Positions 50,539-60,879 of a stretch of 64,000 nt of DNA are shown piece by piece. The position numbers were made by a program, and so were the translations under genes. Position 1 is the first letter of the stretch. Each line of letters begins with the position of its first letter. The DNA is from Selaginella moellendorffii (taxonomy: Eukaryota > Plantae > Lycopodiophyta). The notes beneath the pieces are model-generated. The model saw nothing but the letters and a program-made list of their open reading frames with translations, made no database searches and was not told the DNA's origin. The stretch is from contig NW_003314267.1 in assembly GCF_000143415.4 (NCBI RefSeq), positions 3,786,446 to 3,850,445 on the forward strand, in the 5' to 3' direction.

Positions 50539-51354
50539 CTGCTCGGCATATTAAATGATATCCCAATCATGATCTTTCTTTTGGATTTCACGTGCATGCA
50601 GTCCGAGGAATGATGACGTTGCGGATTTCTTTTGGATTTCACGTGCATGTATGTGCGCGGCGATCCAAAAATTAATAGTGGCGCCCAAGTCCGAGGAATG
50701 ATGACGTTGCGGGATTACCAACCGTCGTGACATTTCGCGCATGTGAGGTTAGGTTTTTCATCGTACTCACGCTCGCACACTCGCGCTCGCATCGCACTCC
50801 CACTCATGATCACGCTCACATTCGCGCTCATCTACCTTCTCTACAGGTTTCTCGTGTGCATCGGCGTCCACTGGCGCTTGCATCACACTCGCGCTCGCAT
50901 CGCGCTCGTGTGCATCGGTGTCCACTTCAAGACACACCCAGTTTGTAACTTCGCCGCCAACTCCGCCGCCCACTCCGCCACCCACACGCAGCCCACTTGG
51001 CGTCCCGGGAGATTTCAGTGCCACTCTCCAACTGTAAGTGGCAGAGTAGCCTTGTTGCTACGATCCGCTGCACACACAGTGCACATTCGCCAGCGAGTCT
51101 GGCCTCGATTGTCACGCCTCCATTCGGCTTCAAATGGTAAGTCTTTTAGGCCAAGTAGAAAATGGCATGAGGCCACATGCCATTCAGTAGCAACATTGGC
51201 ATGCACCGATTGGGCTCTCGAGTGCAATCCGGTTACAGATGGCGTGTAGCCTCACGCCATCTTAGGATGCAGCCTCAAGACATCTGATGCAGTGGTGAAT
51301 GGCGTGTGGCCTCACGTTATTTCCAGCTGCTAGCTTTTCATCTGTCAGCTCTAA

Positions 51355-52946
51355 TTGTTGTGCATTTCTGAACAGGCGAGGAATTGCGTTCTTCTTCCAG
51401 CCACTGTCAATGTGGATGCAGAGAAGGGGGAGGAGCTCACCAGTTGGACTTTCGGGATGGAACGCAAGGATCTGAGGCTGTACAACACAGATGGTGGGAG
51501 AAAAGAATGCATGGGGACCCACATCCAAGTGACAGACACTCCATGCAGTTCCATGCAAGAATATGGACTGGCACTTGTGGTAGAGATAGCATCCGCCTTC
51601 AAGATCCACCTTGCACATCCTAGCGGCTTCCCAGAGGGGGGCAGCGGCTATGAGGAATTCCTAGAGGGAGCTAGGGAGAGGTTGTCCAGGAGGCCCACAA
51701 TTTCAAAGACGTTGCGGGTCTATGAAGATCACATGGAATCCACGGACCTCACCTACGGCGATGTTCAAAAATTATATTCCAACATTGAGCCGTTGAGAAT
51801 GCCTCCAGTTCGCGAAGAGAAGGGAAGGGGGTCGATTTGGAAACTACCCCAAAGCAGAAAAGGGTGGTCAAGCTCAAGCCGACGTCCGACTCTCCTGCTC
51901 CAAAAAAGAAGCTACTCGGTGATGCCATTGCCTCGGGTTCGAACATTACACCCACCAAAAAGAAGAGCCGCAAAGAGTAGAAAGAGCAAGAAGAGGCAAC
52001 AAAAATCATCGCAGATAATAGTACTTGTTACTATTCCAACAAAATATATACAATCGACGTGAGCCGTATCGACATCCAAAGCAAATACAACCATAGGCTA
52101 GTATCTGATGAGTGGGTGGAGAAACTGAAGCAGAAGATGCTGGCAAGTCCAGTAACACCCGACATCGCAGACGTGATCCCCTACTACCGAACAATGAAGG
52201 GCGAGACGAGGTTTCCAGACTTGATCAATAGGAAGGTGTTGAACGATCAAAACATCCGGTTCTATGCCGTCTCCGGGCAACATTCTAACTTGGCGATGCA
52301 AGAGATAGTTGTAGATATTATGGTGGGCAAAGAGGTGAAGAAAGTCTTCAAGACAAGAGTTGTCCGCCTGATAAAAGGCAACTCGCCCCTCCGATCTATC
52401 ATATACATCTCCCATGCGCAGAATGTCAAGCAAGAAACGTGCTACAAATCGGGTCTGCACGAGACATTGGCACGAACACGGAAGCTCTGGGTTCAACTGA
52501 AGAAGCCACAAAAACCAGGACAAGGACGTGCACTAGCAACTAGCGCCTGGCAGGTAAGCCTCGTTGCATGTGGCATAGCATGTGGCCTCACGCCATTTCC
52601 ATTGCAGAAATTCTCGAGTCTTCTCTCGAAAACACTGGGGGTCAATGACACACTCAGCATCCATAACATTCTACTCGCGACAAAAGTTGTTTTTAACAAA
52701 TGGGTAGATGTGCTGAGGAGGTACCATGACGGGGAGTTGCTAAACTCAATGGGTGTGGAGGACAGCCGGAAGCCCAATGATTTGAAGCTCAACACCTTGC
52801 GGATGGGTTCTTCGACCACTAAACATGAGCGTGGACGTATTAGAGAAGAGATGACATTACTATTGGGTTTAAATCCTGATAGTGTGGAGAGTGATGAAAT
52901 TCCAAGATTATTGTATAGGCATTGGAGGCAAAAAATAACAGTCTGA
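51355..52946 (+). pseudogene. ParB/Sulfiredoxin(DGQHR-like)-fold protein gene, decayed and intron-containing
   Basis: IYTIDVSRIDI...YNHRLVSDEWVEKLKQKM...IADVIP...FYAVSGQHSNLAMQ...ISHAQN follows ParB N-terminal domain motif order. GT-AG intron at 52554-52607. Frameshift near 51825 and TAG near 51977. True start uncertain (more small introns likely 51030-51375). Confidence 0.55.
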
Positions 52947-54439
52947 GATGGCATGTATTTATTTAAAAATGTAACTTATTATGGCATGGGGTTCCATGCC
53001 ATTGTATTAATATTAAAAGACGATTCTTTGAGAGGATTTGCATTATACTAGAAGTGTTATAGCATGTTATTGAAAGTCTAAGAAGTTGTTTTATTAATAA
53101 GGGGAAAGTAAAGATTGAATGGGGACTTGGGCTCCACCTAGACTCGGAGCAACTGAGCCAATATTAAAAGGATGGAAAGAAATTGGACGACGATGACAAG
53201 AAGAAGAGAGAGGTGAAGCAGTGGCAGAGGGAGGAGAAGTGATTGAGTAGACATTTCCTTGTTTAAAATAAAATGGCATGTGCCTCAATGCAGTTGAATT
53301 TTGTTATATTTATATACTATATAAAGGTTTGGAAACCTTATTTTACAAGTGGGATAATGACAATTCCCACTTTAACAAAATAAAGCTTGATGATAGAGTG
53401 AAGACAAGTGGATATAATAGTGGAGTGAGGATAAATGGCATGGATTATAGAGTGAGGATGAGCATAGTGAATTTGAATGGAATATGGTAGTTTATAACCA
53501 CCTACTATTTATAGTACTATAGCATATAGACCATTCATTTGGGACTGAATTTGGTCCATCCATTCTTTTATATAATTAAACCTTAATTAATATACTATTC
53601 CTATATTCTGAGCACTTATAAAAATAAAATTAAAGATATTAAAAATTAATTTCAAATAAAAATTTGAGTTATTTATATATATAGAATAAAATATAATTAA
53701 CATTTTTAATCATGACATATATATTAATTTATAACTTATAAGCCACTACTTTATATTATAATCATTTAAGCTAAGTGCACATAAACTAATCAATTCATGA
53801 TATAGTCTATACTTGAGTAATATTATTAACTTATGTTATAATATTTTTATTTTTTATTATAAATATTTTATTTGTGGCTTCCAAATTTTAATAAAATGGT
53901 TAAATTAAACAATAAGACATTTATACTGTATTATCTTATAGCAACTGTATTTACTATCTTGAAGTTGAAAGTATAGAAGCTAATCAATGTTGTTCAACGG
54001 TCATCAAGAATACAGTAACCATTTATCAGCATACTTCTGTCAATTTTTTAATTATGACAATGATATCAAGGATCTAAGAGAGGAAACAGTACCCAATGAT
54101 CATCGATGTGTTCCTAGCTTCAAGGTTGTCACACAGAATCAGGAGCTCAAGGTCTGCATTGCTAATTATTTTAAATTGGAACTTCTACAAAAATCTCTGC
54201 ATACACAACAAGTTGAAGTAGCAGCAGCAATCAATAAAAAAACTTGTAGGAATTTGGAATTTCTTTCTTCCTTTCTCCAGTAAAAAACATTTTTCAAAAA
54301 ATTCTCAAAAATGTCTATGCCACCCTTTGTTTCTCCAATGTGATCTCTCCCTTGACTGGAGCAAGCTATATTCAACCAATAGATTGTGCTGCACAAAATC
54401 ACTGTTAAAAAACTATTAAAATTTCATCTGTAGATACAA

Positions 54440-54715
54440 ATATATAGATATTAAATCAGATAGTGTCAATGTAAATCTAGAAGAAGACAAGTTAAGATGC
54501 TAACATATGTTCAAAAGATTGTGGACTTGGATATATGGTCACATGGAGCCTGCTTATATATGCACCATATGTATAAGACTAATTAAACATCATTGATACA
54601 GGTTATTAACATGAGTGTGTTCATATGTGCAATCCCATTCATTATGGTTATGATTCTTAGAGTGGGAGCTCAGCAGCATTGTCTTACTAGATTGTGAATA
54701 GCGATTGATACTGAC
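54440..54715 (+). pseudogene. Degenerate MiAMP1-family promoter/5' relic
   Basis: TAACATATGTTCAAAAGAT and TGTGCAATCCCATTCATTATGGTTATGAT match 562-580 and ~746-775 of the intact gene region. No open frame. Confidence 0.6.
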
Positions 54716-55379
54716 CACCTGAAACACAAGAATTTTCCAAGAATATACCAAGGAGTAGGGGATCTAAGGCTGGAATGACTTAAGGTTGGGCACTATTATA
54801 AGTTAGCTAAAAAGAAGAAACTCTTGATAAGAGGCCAAAATGTCAGGGTGAGGAGATTAAAGATTTTATCAATCTCATTAAGGATTTCTTGTTTCATATA
54901 AATCCTAAAGGGTTGAATTAATTTTATGTCCATGATTACCATTAGTACATTAGAGCTGGTGTGACTGGTGTGACACATTAGAGCCAAAAACATCAAGGAC
55001 AAACATGATGGTGGATGAGAAGTCTCTTAGAGGTCACCGACAGTATGTTACAATATGTACAAATGAGGATGTTCAAGCATCAACCTTGATATTATTGCAC
55101 TTGAGGAGAGAAGCTTATCAAGGTGTTATAGAAATTTATCCTTCTTTGCAATTTGAAGTTAAATCAGGATGGTATGACAAGAAGCTCTGGAAGAAGTTAA
55201 GCAACTTGGCTCTTCTTGCACAGTTTTCAGCATTGATAAAGATGAAAATATGATTATATTTGAGTGCAAAACTAAGGCTGGGCCAAATGGGAAGAGGAAA
55301 TGTGATGAAATTGAAGAAGTATGATTTTGAAAGAGCTTTTTATTTTCAATTCATAATAAAAATAATAAACTTTTGAAGC

Positions 55380-58300
55380 TGTGAAGTCCAAGTGTACAGC
55401 TAAGATGCTGTATATTAATATTAGCATAGTGGGATTTTAGTAGTAGTCGGATTGATTTCAATCCGAACCACTTGCTTCTGTATATAAGCTAGGGTTTTTG
55501 GGTAAATTGATATGCACATTTTCTGTATTCCCTTTCCATATTCCATACACTCACATTAGTAGTAGAAGTGAGGGGTATCTTTGATTGTCCTTAAGGAGTT
55601 TTTTGATTTCAAATTTTGGTTTAGATCTAGTTTTTGCATCATTTAGATCTAGCTTTTTCCATTTCCTTTCTTTTGTTCTTTCCTTTTGGGATTTTAATTT
55701 AAATCTAGCTTTTATATTGTCTAGATCTTCTAGCTTTATTCATTTCTTTTCTTTTGCTCTTTCCTTTTTCATTCATCTTTATAGTAGAGTAACAATCTCC
55801 TCCTTCTTTAACTTTGGAGTAGCAATTGGTGTAATTGCTTAATGCTATGTGATTGTATTTGAACAATCAAACTTAGTTGATGGTAACATTTATGGTATGT
55901 GGTAAAACTCCTCCTACTCTTGGTGGCAATCCCTGCATTCAGCCGGAGTTCTTTTATGAGAATCTTAAGGGATGATATGTACTATTGGTTTAGTCACTTT
56001 ATTGTGATTGTTACATATAATTCTTGGGATGATGCTCAATGTTTACTTGAGTTACTCACGTGTCTTCAAGGGACAGCATTACAGCGGTACAATGGTTTGA
56101 GTGCAGCCACTCGTGAGGTATTCTCCCAAATGTCTTCAAACATGCATTCACATTCAGACACACCGATGATTGTGATGATGCCTTTCAACAATTGTTTTCA
56201 TCAAAGGCCATCTGAGTTGGTGATGTAATTTGGCATTTGTTTCCAAAGCCTCTTGCTTTATGTGGAACTAAATATATCAGAGTGGATGAAGTTGAGAATG
56301 TTATGGCCAACACTTCGTCAAAATCTTGTAGGACTTGTGCATGCATTTGCTCTAGCCATCTTTAACAATGCTCTTCGCTTGGCACAATGTTATGAGACAT
56401 TGCCTCTTCTACTTCTTGTTGCATGTCCTTGAGCTCCACTTTCTGTGGGAGATGGTTTTGTTCCAATGGAGGTTGATGATGCTACTACTTGAGTTTAATA
56501 AGGGTGAGGACATGGTTGTGGCCATGATGTTCACTACTAAGCATGTGATTAAGTTGGTCACACTTATCGACATTGTTGGCGTTTTCCGGATTGGTAGCCT
56601 CCATTTCTTGGGTGGAGACTTTTTCATCCACAATGTCCTATTGGTGCTACTACAGTGGAAGGTTTGAACACTGAGATGCATTTGGGAAATGAGGAGTTGC
56701 ACAAGTAATAAAAGGACCTTGCATGAATAAGTCAATGATCTCTTCATCTTTCTTTCAAAAGTATCATCAAGGGGTTTACTCGGCACCAGTTCATCCAGTG
56801 TTTCCTTTTCAAGCTCATCTTTATAATAAAAGGCCTCCTATTATCCTCTCAATGTTGGTTGATATAGATTTGAGTTTATCTTTTGCCATATATTGTTGTT
56901 TACATTTGCATCATGCGGCAGAACCAATTTTCATTCTTTATGGCAATGGTTATATATGTGCATGGGATGAGGCAAACCTAGTTGTGCATGTAGGCGATTT
57001 CGAGCTTAGGTTGCAGTCATTGCAAGTGGTGCCGAGTCAAGCTTTTGACCTCATATATTTCCATTTTGTTCTGCTTTTCCCTTTTCCAATCCCTCCAATT
57101 GACTGGCTCATGAAGGAGTATGCCGATCTCTTTGAATTTAACTTATCGTCTGGGGCTAAAATTGCCACATGTCATCCAATTCCAACCGGGGATGCTCGTC
57201 CATTCAAGGTTCCTATTCATCTTTAGTCACCTAAAGAGATCAAGATTTGACATACAAACGTCAAAGAGATGTTGAAAAAGGGTGTTATTCACAAATCATA
57301 GAGTCCTTGGGCATGTGAACCTTATCTTATGATGAAGCCTGATGGGAGTATTCGAATTTGCATCGACTATCATTCATTAAACGAAATGGTGATTCTAAAT
57401 GTGTACCCTCTTCCTCACACTACTGATATCTTGGATCATCTAGGGAAAAGTCTTAGTTCACTAAGTTAGATTTTGCTTCTGAGTATTGACAAGTATCGAT
57501 GGTCGAAGAAGATATTCATAAGGTTGCTTTTCATATACTATTTGGTTTGTACGAGTTATTGGTGATGCTATTTGGTTTAAATAATGCTTTAGCAACTTTT
57601 CAGTAGATGATGGATGAAGTTCTTTACAATATGCCAGAGGTGACTATTAACTTCATTGATGATGTCTTGATCCACTTTGAGGGGACATGGGCTATGGGAA
57701 GTTGGTTTAAAGTTGAAGCAGTCGAAGTGTATTTTTGAGTCTAAAGACACGACTTATCTTGGGTACTATATTTCTTGTGAGGGTTTGCATGATCCTAACA
57801 AACTTGTGGTTGTTTTAAAATTCCCTACTTCGAAGTGTGTGAATGATGTACAATGCTTCTTGGGCAAAGTGTAATATCTTGGTCGTTTTATGGATCATCT
57901 TTTTGATCGTATTGCACAATTGCGAGTGTTGTTGAAGTCATCAACATCATCTATCATCTGGTCTGTGGATTGTGAGCGGGTGTTCATAGATCTCAGAGAG
58001 CTATTGACGACTCCTCTCGTTTTGGTGTATCCTCACTACACTCGATCTTTCATTTTACGCATGGATGCTTTTGATATTAGTCTTGGAGGTGTGCTGATGC
58101 AAGAGAGCCCGAGTGTGCCTAGTCAGCACCATCCCATTGCATATATAAGCCATACATTACAGAGGCAAACTACTCTATGACAAAGAAGGAGTGCTTAGCA
58201 ACAATTTAGAATTTTGAGAAACTTTATGCATATTTATATGGTTCTCAGACATTACTGGAAGGTGATCATGCTGTTGTTACTTCATTATTGAAGTAGAAGA

Positions 58301-60108
58301 ACTTGGTTGGTCATACTACTTGGTGAGCTTTGAAACTTTAGATATATGATTTTAATGTTATTCATCGCCTAGGGAGTTCTATGGCTGATGCTAATGCCCT
58401 TTCTTAAGCCCTCTTTCTTCTTTGCTCTCTTCTTATGTTTCTGATGAGCTTTTTGTTCTAGCATTTATAGATTTTCTAAACAAGGATTTTGTGCCGTTGG
58501 CGGTTGCTGTACTTGATGTTTAATGTTCATAAGGTGTAAAGCAAGATTTATCTTCTCTTGATGAGGTTCATGAAGCTAAAAAAATTAAGCTATGGATTCG
58601 AAAGCTTTGTGATGGGTTTGAGAATCCTACATCACTTGCTGATGACTTGCCATTCTGGCATTTACATTCTCAATATCACTTTGAAGACAGCTTTTTTTAT
58701 TTTGTAGGGACGGATCCTAATGATCATTTATGGCTAGTGGTACCTTCACTCTTTATTCCACAGTTTTTCTATACCTACCATGATTTTCCTATTTTAAGCG
58801 GGCATATGAGACATTATCGTATGACCAAGAAGTTGCACAAGTTTTTCTATTGGCCGGAGATATGACGTGATGCTATCTAATATGTGTGTAGTTGCGTTTG
58901 GTGCCAAGTTTGTAATACTCCCCTTCGTGTTGCAGAAGAACAGTTGGAGTCAATTATAATTTCCCATCCGTTTGAGTTAGTGGTATTTGATCTTATGGGA
59001 CCTTTTCCACAATCGACTTGGCAATGAATATGTTATTATTGCTTTTGATTACTTGACTCGCTAGGTGGAAGTTAGTGCTCTTGTTAATGCCTTTACAACT
59101 ACTGTTAGATATTTCCTCCTCAATTAAGTAGTGTTCCAGCATTCTTGTCTAGAATGGATTCTTTTGACAATGGTCCCGCATTTATGGCTAAAGTATTTTA
59201 TGTTTTAATGTTTCGCTTGAGGATACACCACACTTTCATGAGTGCTCATCATCTATAGTCAAACAGTTTGGTGGAACGGCTTGTTCAGACATTCAAAAGG
59301 ATAATCAAGAAGTACGTGAATTTTCAACATTTGGATTAAGATGGTTATTTGCTGTCTCTTCGATATGCATGTCACAAAGGTGCAAGGTTTTATTGGTGCT
59401 TCACCATATAAATTTTTATATGGTCATGATCCAATATTACTAATAGAGTTGGGTTTACCTTTGCAATTACCAAGAGATGTTGAAGTTGGGATTAGTGTTT
59501 GATGAGCATTCTTTCACTTGTTCAAGTAAAGTTTACTGAACATCTAAGTTGTATACAAGTGGGACAACAACAATATTACAACTCCCATCATTGTCCACTT
59601 GTAGAATACAATGTGGATGATTTGGGGTTAGTTTGTTTTCCCCATCTTATGGTATGTAGTTTATTTAAAGGGCTTCTTGCTCAGTGGAAAGGATTGTAAT
59701 GGATGTTGCGGCAAGTTAAATTATAAGTTTATAAGGTTCGGCAAGACGTCTAGAAAACAGATCCTCTAGAAATTATGCATGTGTAGCAGTTAAAATATTT
59801 CGTACAAAGGGATCAAGAATAACTAATACCATCTACAAATCCATCGATGCTTCTTCCTAATGTTCCTCCAGATCCCAGCCCATTTATGAGAGAATCTTAA
59901 TAGTCTTTTATTATTCTGAGAGGAGTGGATGATATAAGGTCTAAGTGTATGATTATAATGCTGTATACTAATATTAGCATAGTGGGATTTTAGTAACCAT
60001 CAGATTAATTTCAATTTGGACCACTCGCTCTTGTATATAAACTAAAGTTTTTGGGTTAATTGATATACACATTTTTTATATTCCCTTTCCATATTCTATG
60101 CACTCACA
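55380..60108 (+). mobile_element. Degenerate Ty3/Gypsy LTR retrotransposon (LTRs 55380-55555 and 59933-60108, 176 bp each; 4-bp TSD AAGC)
   Basis: Equal-length direct repeats ending CACTCACA; PPT GAGAGGAGTGGATGA. Broken RT (SPWA..KPDGSIRICIDY, FIDDVLI), RNase H (MDAFDISLGGVLMQ) and integrase (H....GHM...FYWP) in Gypsy order. Confidence 0.9.
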
Positions 60109-60184
60109 AAGCATAATTTTGTTTTGTTGATATGTCCTACAATAACAAGTTCATTACTAAAGGTAAGTTATAATTGCAAAATTG

Positions 60185-60390
60185 TACCATCCTACTACAT
60201 GCTGCACCAGGTTGTGTCATAACAATTGATACCTACACTACTTGTGATCATTCCTGGGACTATAGCAGTAAGGTTACAAGATTGACTATGATGAAAATCC
60301 ACACCACCAGCTTGTCAACTCATTTATAACTCAAGACAATGAAACATGTGGTCCCATTCTGAGCTTCTATAGACTCACGCTGTTGACAAT
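60185..60390 (+). pseudogene. MiAMP1-family pseudogene (mature-peptide part, with deletions)
   Basis: AGGTTACAAGATTGACTATGATGAAAATCC, CACCAGCTTGT, ATAACTCAAGAC and CCCATT.TGAGCTTCTATA match 900-1035. The 3' flank also matches 1060-1240. Confidence 0.85.
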
Positions 60391-60879
60391 GTTGTGAGAA
60401 ATTGGTGGATAGGCACGAGATGCTGTATGATGTTATTAAATAAATGAGAGGCAAAGCTTCAACATCTGGACTTAGCCATAGAGAAATTTATCCATTACCA
60501 CTTCATCTTCCAGATCTTCCATTGTATAGGTTGGATGGATTGCGACTGCTTGCCTGAAGGAGGCTTGGGAATGGGAACTTGTCGTGCAACAAGCAAAATC
60601 CTGGCCATGATAATGATAATCTCTGCACTGCTCATCACAAGATTGTCTATTCATAAGCAGGAGGGTATTATCCAGCCATGGAATCTCATGGTGTCAATAC
60701 AAAGATGAGAGACAGAGAGGTTTGGGCCGACGACGCATGGATTTTCTGGCCTGGGCCTGCGGTGATCCTAGGTGAGAGCTGGTGAGCAGGAAAATTCGTC
60801 GACGCTTGTTGTTTATCGAGGAAAGTTCGCTTCAAAGTTGTCTCAAAGATGACCGGTGGCAAGTTCCCCGAGGACGTTA

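Larger units (their letters stand above)
44928..53294. repeat. Dispersed 22-bp palindrome family, consensus ATGGCATGAGG|CCTCATGCCAT
   Basis: Copies at about 44928, 45243, 45332, 46654, 46711, 48314, 48384, 48420, 48590, 48688, 49300, 49375, 50239, 50318, 51162, 51239, 51299, 52575, 52981, 53273. Confidence 0.9.
44900..53450. mobile_element. Decayed two-gene DNA-transposon-like element (transposase plus ParB/Srx-like gene); ends not defined
   Basis: Higher-GC island with divergent transposase-like and ParB-like frames. The 22-bp palindrome family is confined to it. No TIR or TSD could be established. Confidence 0.65.

Noticed and set aside
44928-53294. Palindromic repeats as a CRISPR-like array
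   Set aside because: Spacing is irregular (tens to >1500 bp), copies lie in introns and coding frames, there are no cas genes, and the context is eukaryotic.
45243-53294. Terminal inverted repeats defining the element ends
   Set aside because: The inverted match near 45248 and 53289 barely extends beyond the palindrome itself, and no TSD was found.
53960-55260. Short ORFs 53987..54283, 54166..54402 and 55005..55253
   Set aside because: No recognisable motif; cannot be supported as genes.
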